DNA of 33,078 nucleotides from Nitrospirota bacterium (GTDB lineage Bacteria; Nitrospirota; CAKKRA01; 9FT-COMBO-42-15): NCBI GenBank assembly GCA_023248415.1, contig JAHFEP010000002.1, positions 1 to 33,078 of the forward strand, read 5' to 3'. Shown piece by piece: positions 31,605 to 33,078 of this stretch (position 1 is its first letter; each line of letters starts with the position of its first letter). The notes under the pieces were generated by a model. It saw only the letters and a program-made list of their open reading frames with translations, ran no database searches and was not told where the DNA came from. The position numbers and the translations under genes were made by a program.

Positions 31605-31679
31605 TGGCTGGGGCGCCAGGATTCGAACCTGGGAATGCGAGATCCAAAATCTCGTGACTTACCGCTTGTCGACGCCCCA
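31605..31679 (-). tRNA. tRNA-Gln (anticodon UUG), CCA encoded
   Basis: The reverse complement TGGGGCG-TC-GAC-AAGCGGTAA-GTC-A-CGAGA-TTTTGGA-TCTCG-CATTC-CCAGG-TTCGAAT-CCTGG-CGCCCCA-G-CCA folds as a cloverleaf. Its architecture closely parallels E. coli tRNA-Gln. Confidence 0.9.
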
Positions 31680-31715
31680 AACACAAGAAAATGTAAAGTT
31701 CAAAATTAAGGAACC

Positions 31716-32015
31716 TTATGCCCCAGCCTGTGCATCCGCTCCTACCGCACCTTCTGCCTGTTTTGCCAATTCTTTTTCGTATTCTGCTAAAACCTTTGAT
31801 TCAATCATTTGACGGGTCTCATTGTTTAAAGGATGTGCTGTATCCTTAAATGTCCCGTCCTTTCTTTTTTTACTCGGCATAGCAACGAATAAGCCGCTAT
31901 TGCCATTAATGACCTTTAAATCCCTTACTACAAAGGAATCATCAAATGTGATTGTAACATAAGCCTTAAGCTTTTCCTCATTTACCGGAAATACACGAAC
32001 CTCAGTTACTTGCAT
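31716..32015 (-). CDS. spoVG: Septation protein SpoVG
   Basis: MQVTEVRVFPVNEEKLKAYVTITFDDSFVVRDLKVINGNSGLFVAMPSKK is canonical SpoVG. Confidence 0.9.
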   Translation of the reverse strand: MQVTEVRVFPVNEEKLKAYVTITFDDSFVVRDLKVINGNSGLFVAMPSKKRKDGTFKDTAHPLNNETRQMIESKVLAEYEKELAKQAEGAVGADAQAGA

Positions 32016-32048
32016 ATTACAAATCTCCTCCTCTAACCTTAGTTGAAT

Positions 32049-32954
32049 TTAACCCTCTATCTTATTATCTCTGAGGGTTTTTGTAACCCAGACCTTATAA
32101 CCCCTTTTTTCAAATTCCAATGCCCCCTTCATCGCCTCCTTTTCATTTAAAAATACCCCGAAGACTGTTGGACCGCTTCCTGTCATAAGGCTTCCTGCTG
32201 CGCCCTGCCTTATAAGTTCGGCCTTTAATTCCCTGACAACAGGATAATCTCTTAAAACAACAGCCTCAAGGTCATTATAAAGGAATCCCCCTATATTTTC
32301 AATGCTTGCCTTACTGTGCATAAAGCGTATAATTTTAATATCCTTCTCATCTTTTGTCAATAACATTTTTGTATTATTCAATGAATCATATTTCTCATAT
32401 ACTGAGGCAGTGAAAACTTCAATACATGGATTTACAACAAGGAGACTCATTACAAAAGGAAGATTTATTGGATAAAGCTCATCCCCTCTTCCGAGTCCCA
32501 AGGCAGATGCGCCATACAAAAAGAAGGGCACATCAGCGCCTAAGTCTGCTGCTATTACCAATAATTCATTAAAAGAAATGTCTATGCCCCAGAGGCTGCA
32601 AGCGCCTAATAAAGCTGCTGCTGCATCGCTGCTCCCTCCGCCAAGGCCCGCAGCAACAGGGATATTCTTTTTAATATGAATCCTTATCCCTTTTCTGACA
32701 TTTGCATAATCCATAACCACCTTTACTGCCCTGTAGACAATATTCTCGTGCCCTGTTGGAAGAGAGGCTCCTTCAATTGTCAATGCTATACCATTGTCCG
32801 CCTCTTCAAAAGAGATCTCATCAAATAACTCAATCTTTTGAAAAATTGTGCGGATATTATGATAGCCGTCAATCCTCTTATCAACAACCTCTAAAAAGAG
32901 GTTTACCTTTGCAGGCGCAAGGAGTTTTATATTCCTCAACTTTTCATTTTTCAT
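32049..32954 (-). CDS. ispE: 4-diphosphocytidyl-2-C-methyl-D-erythritol kinase
   Basis: APAKVNLFLEV...RIDGYHNI and the GHMP-kinase motif PVAAGLGGGSSDAAA. Confidence 0.87.
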   Translation of the reverse strand: MKNEKLRNIKLLAPAKVNLFLEVVDKRIDGYHNIRTIFQKIELFDEISFEEADNGIALTIEGASLPTGHENIVYRAVKVVMDYANVRKGIRIHIKKNIPVAAGLGGGSSDAAAALLGACSLWGIDISFNELLVIAADLGADVPFFLYGASALGLGRGDELYPINLPFVMSLLVVNPCIEVFTASVYEKYDSLNNTKMLLTKDEKDIKIIRFMHSKASIENIGGFLYNDLEAVVLRDYPVVRELKAELIRQGAAGSLMTGSGPTVFGVFLNEKEAMKGALEFEKRGYKVWVTKTLRDNKIEG

Positions 32955-33078
32955 TTTGCATTTTTAATTTCTTTATTGCCTCTTCTGCTGCTATTTGCTC
33001 TGCCTCTTTCTTGCTTCTTCCTCTGCCTTTTCCAAACGGCTTATTGCCAATCCAAAGTTCAATCTCAAATATCTTCTC
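32944..33078 (-). CDS. rnc: Ribonuclease III, C-terminal dsRBD only (gene runs off the right edge)
   Basis: Hand-translated: EKIFEIELWIGNKPFGKGRGRSKKEAEQIAAEEAIKKLKMQNEK-stop. GxGxGxSKKEAEQxAA is the typical RNase III dsRBD end. It overlaps the ispE start by 11 nt. Confidence 0.7.
   Translation of the reverse strand, partial: EKIFEIELWIGNKPFGKGRGRSKKEAEQIAAEEAIKKLKMQNEK

Overview
This is a 33-kb A/T-rich bacterial contig segment with one tRNA, no rRNA and no CRISPR. It falls into three blocks.

(1) 1-19.3 kb is chromosomal. It carries cca, then a + strand cluster of three c-type cytochromes (1, 5 and 7 CXXCH motifs) interleaved with two paralogous HAMP-only membrane proteins. Next come a convergent MshM/ExeA-like ATPase plus 961-aa TPR protein pair, a Na/Pi cotransporter, an archaeal-type PEP carboxylase and queH. 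The block ends with an overlapping small-ORF/nucleotidyltransferase pair, an ICMT-like membrane protein, an MltD-like lytic transglycosylase, a DUF4388 protein and a lipoprotein.

(2) 19.3-24.6 kb is an accessory island of decayed mobile DNA and polymorphic-toxin debris. It holds a 5'-truncated DDE transposase, two tandem ~81-bp repeats and three Rhs/YD fragments. Two of the fragments keep the DPxGL cleavage motif followed by short C-terminal domains I cannot recognise; one of these is an 84-aa, 13-Cys, CxxxC-periodic, poly-Pro domain. Three polytopic membrane proteins sit in the immunity position. An IS200-like Y1 transposase with a DnaA-C-like HTH, bounded by a perfect 15-bp inverted repeat, interrupts one Rhs gene.

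(3) 24.6-33 kb is a conserved housekeeping string on the - strand: rnc (partial), ispE, spoVG, tRNA-Gln, prs, rplY/ctc, pth, hppA, ychF, rpsF-ssb-rpsR.

Several families of palindromic REP/MITE-like repeats are scattered through the window, and one lies in frame inside cca. Taxonomy cannot be assigned from the sequence alone. The gene content suggests an uncultivated anaerobe rich in multihaem cytochromes.
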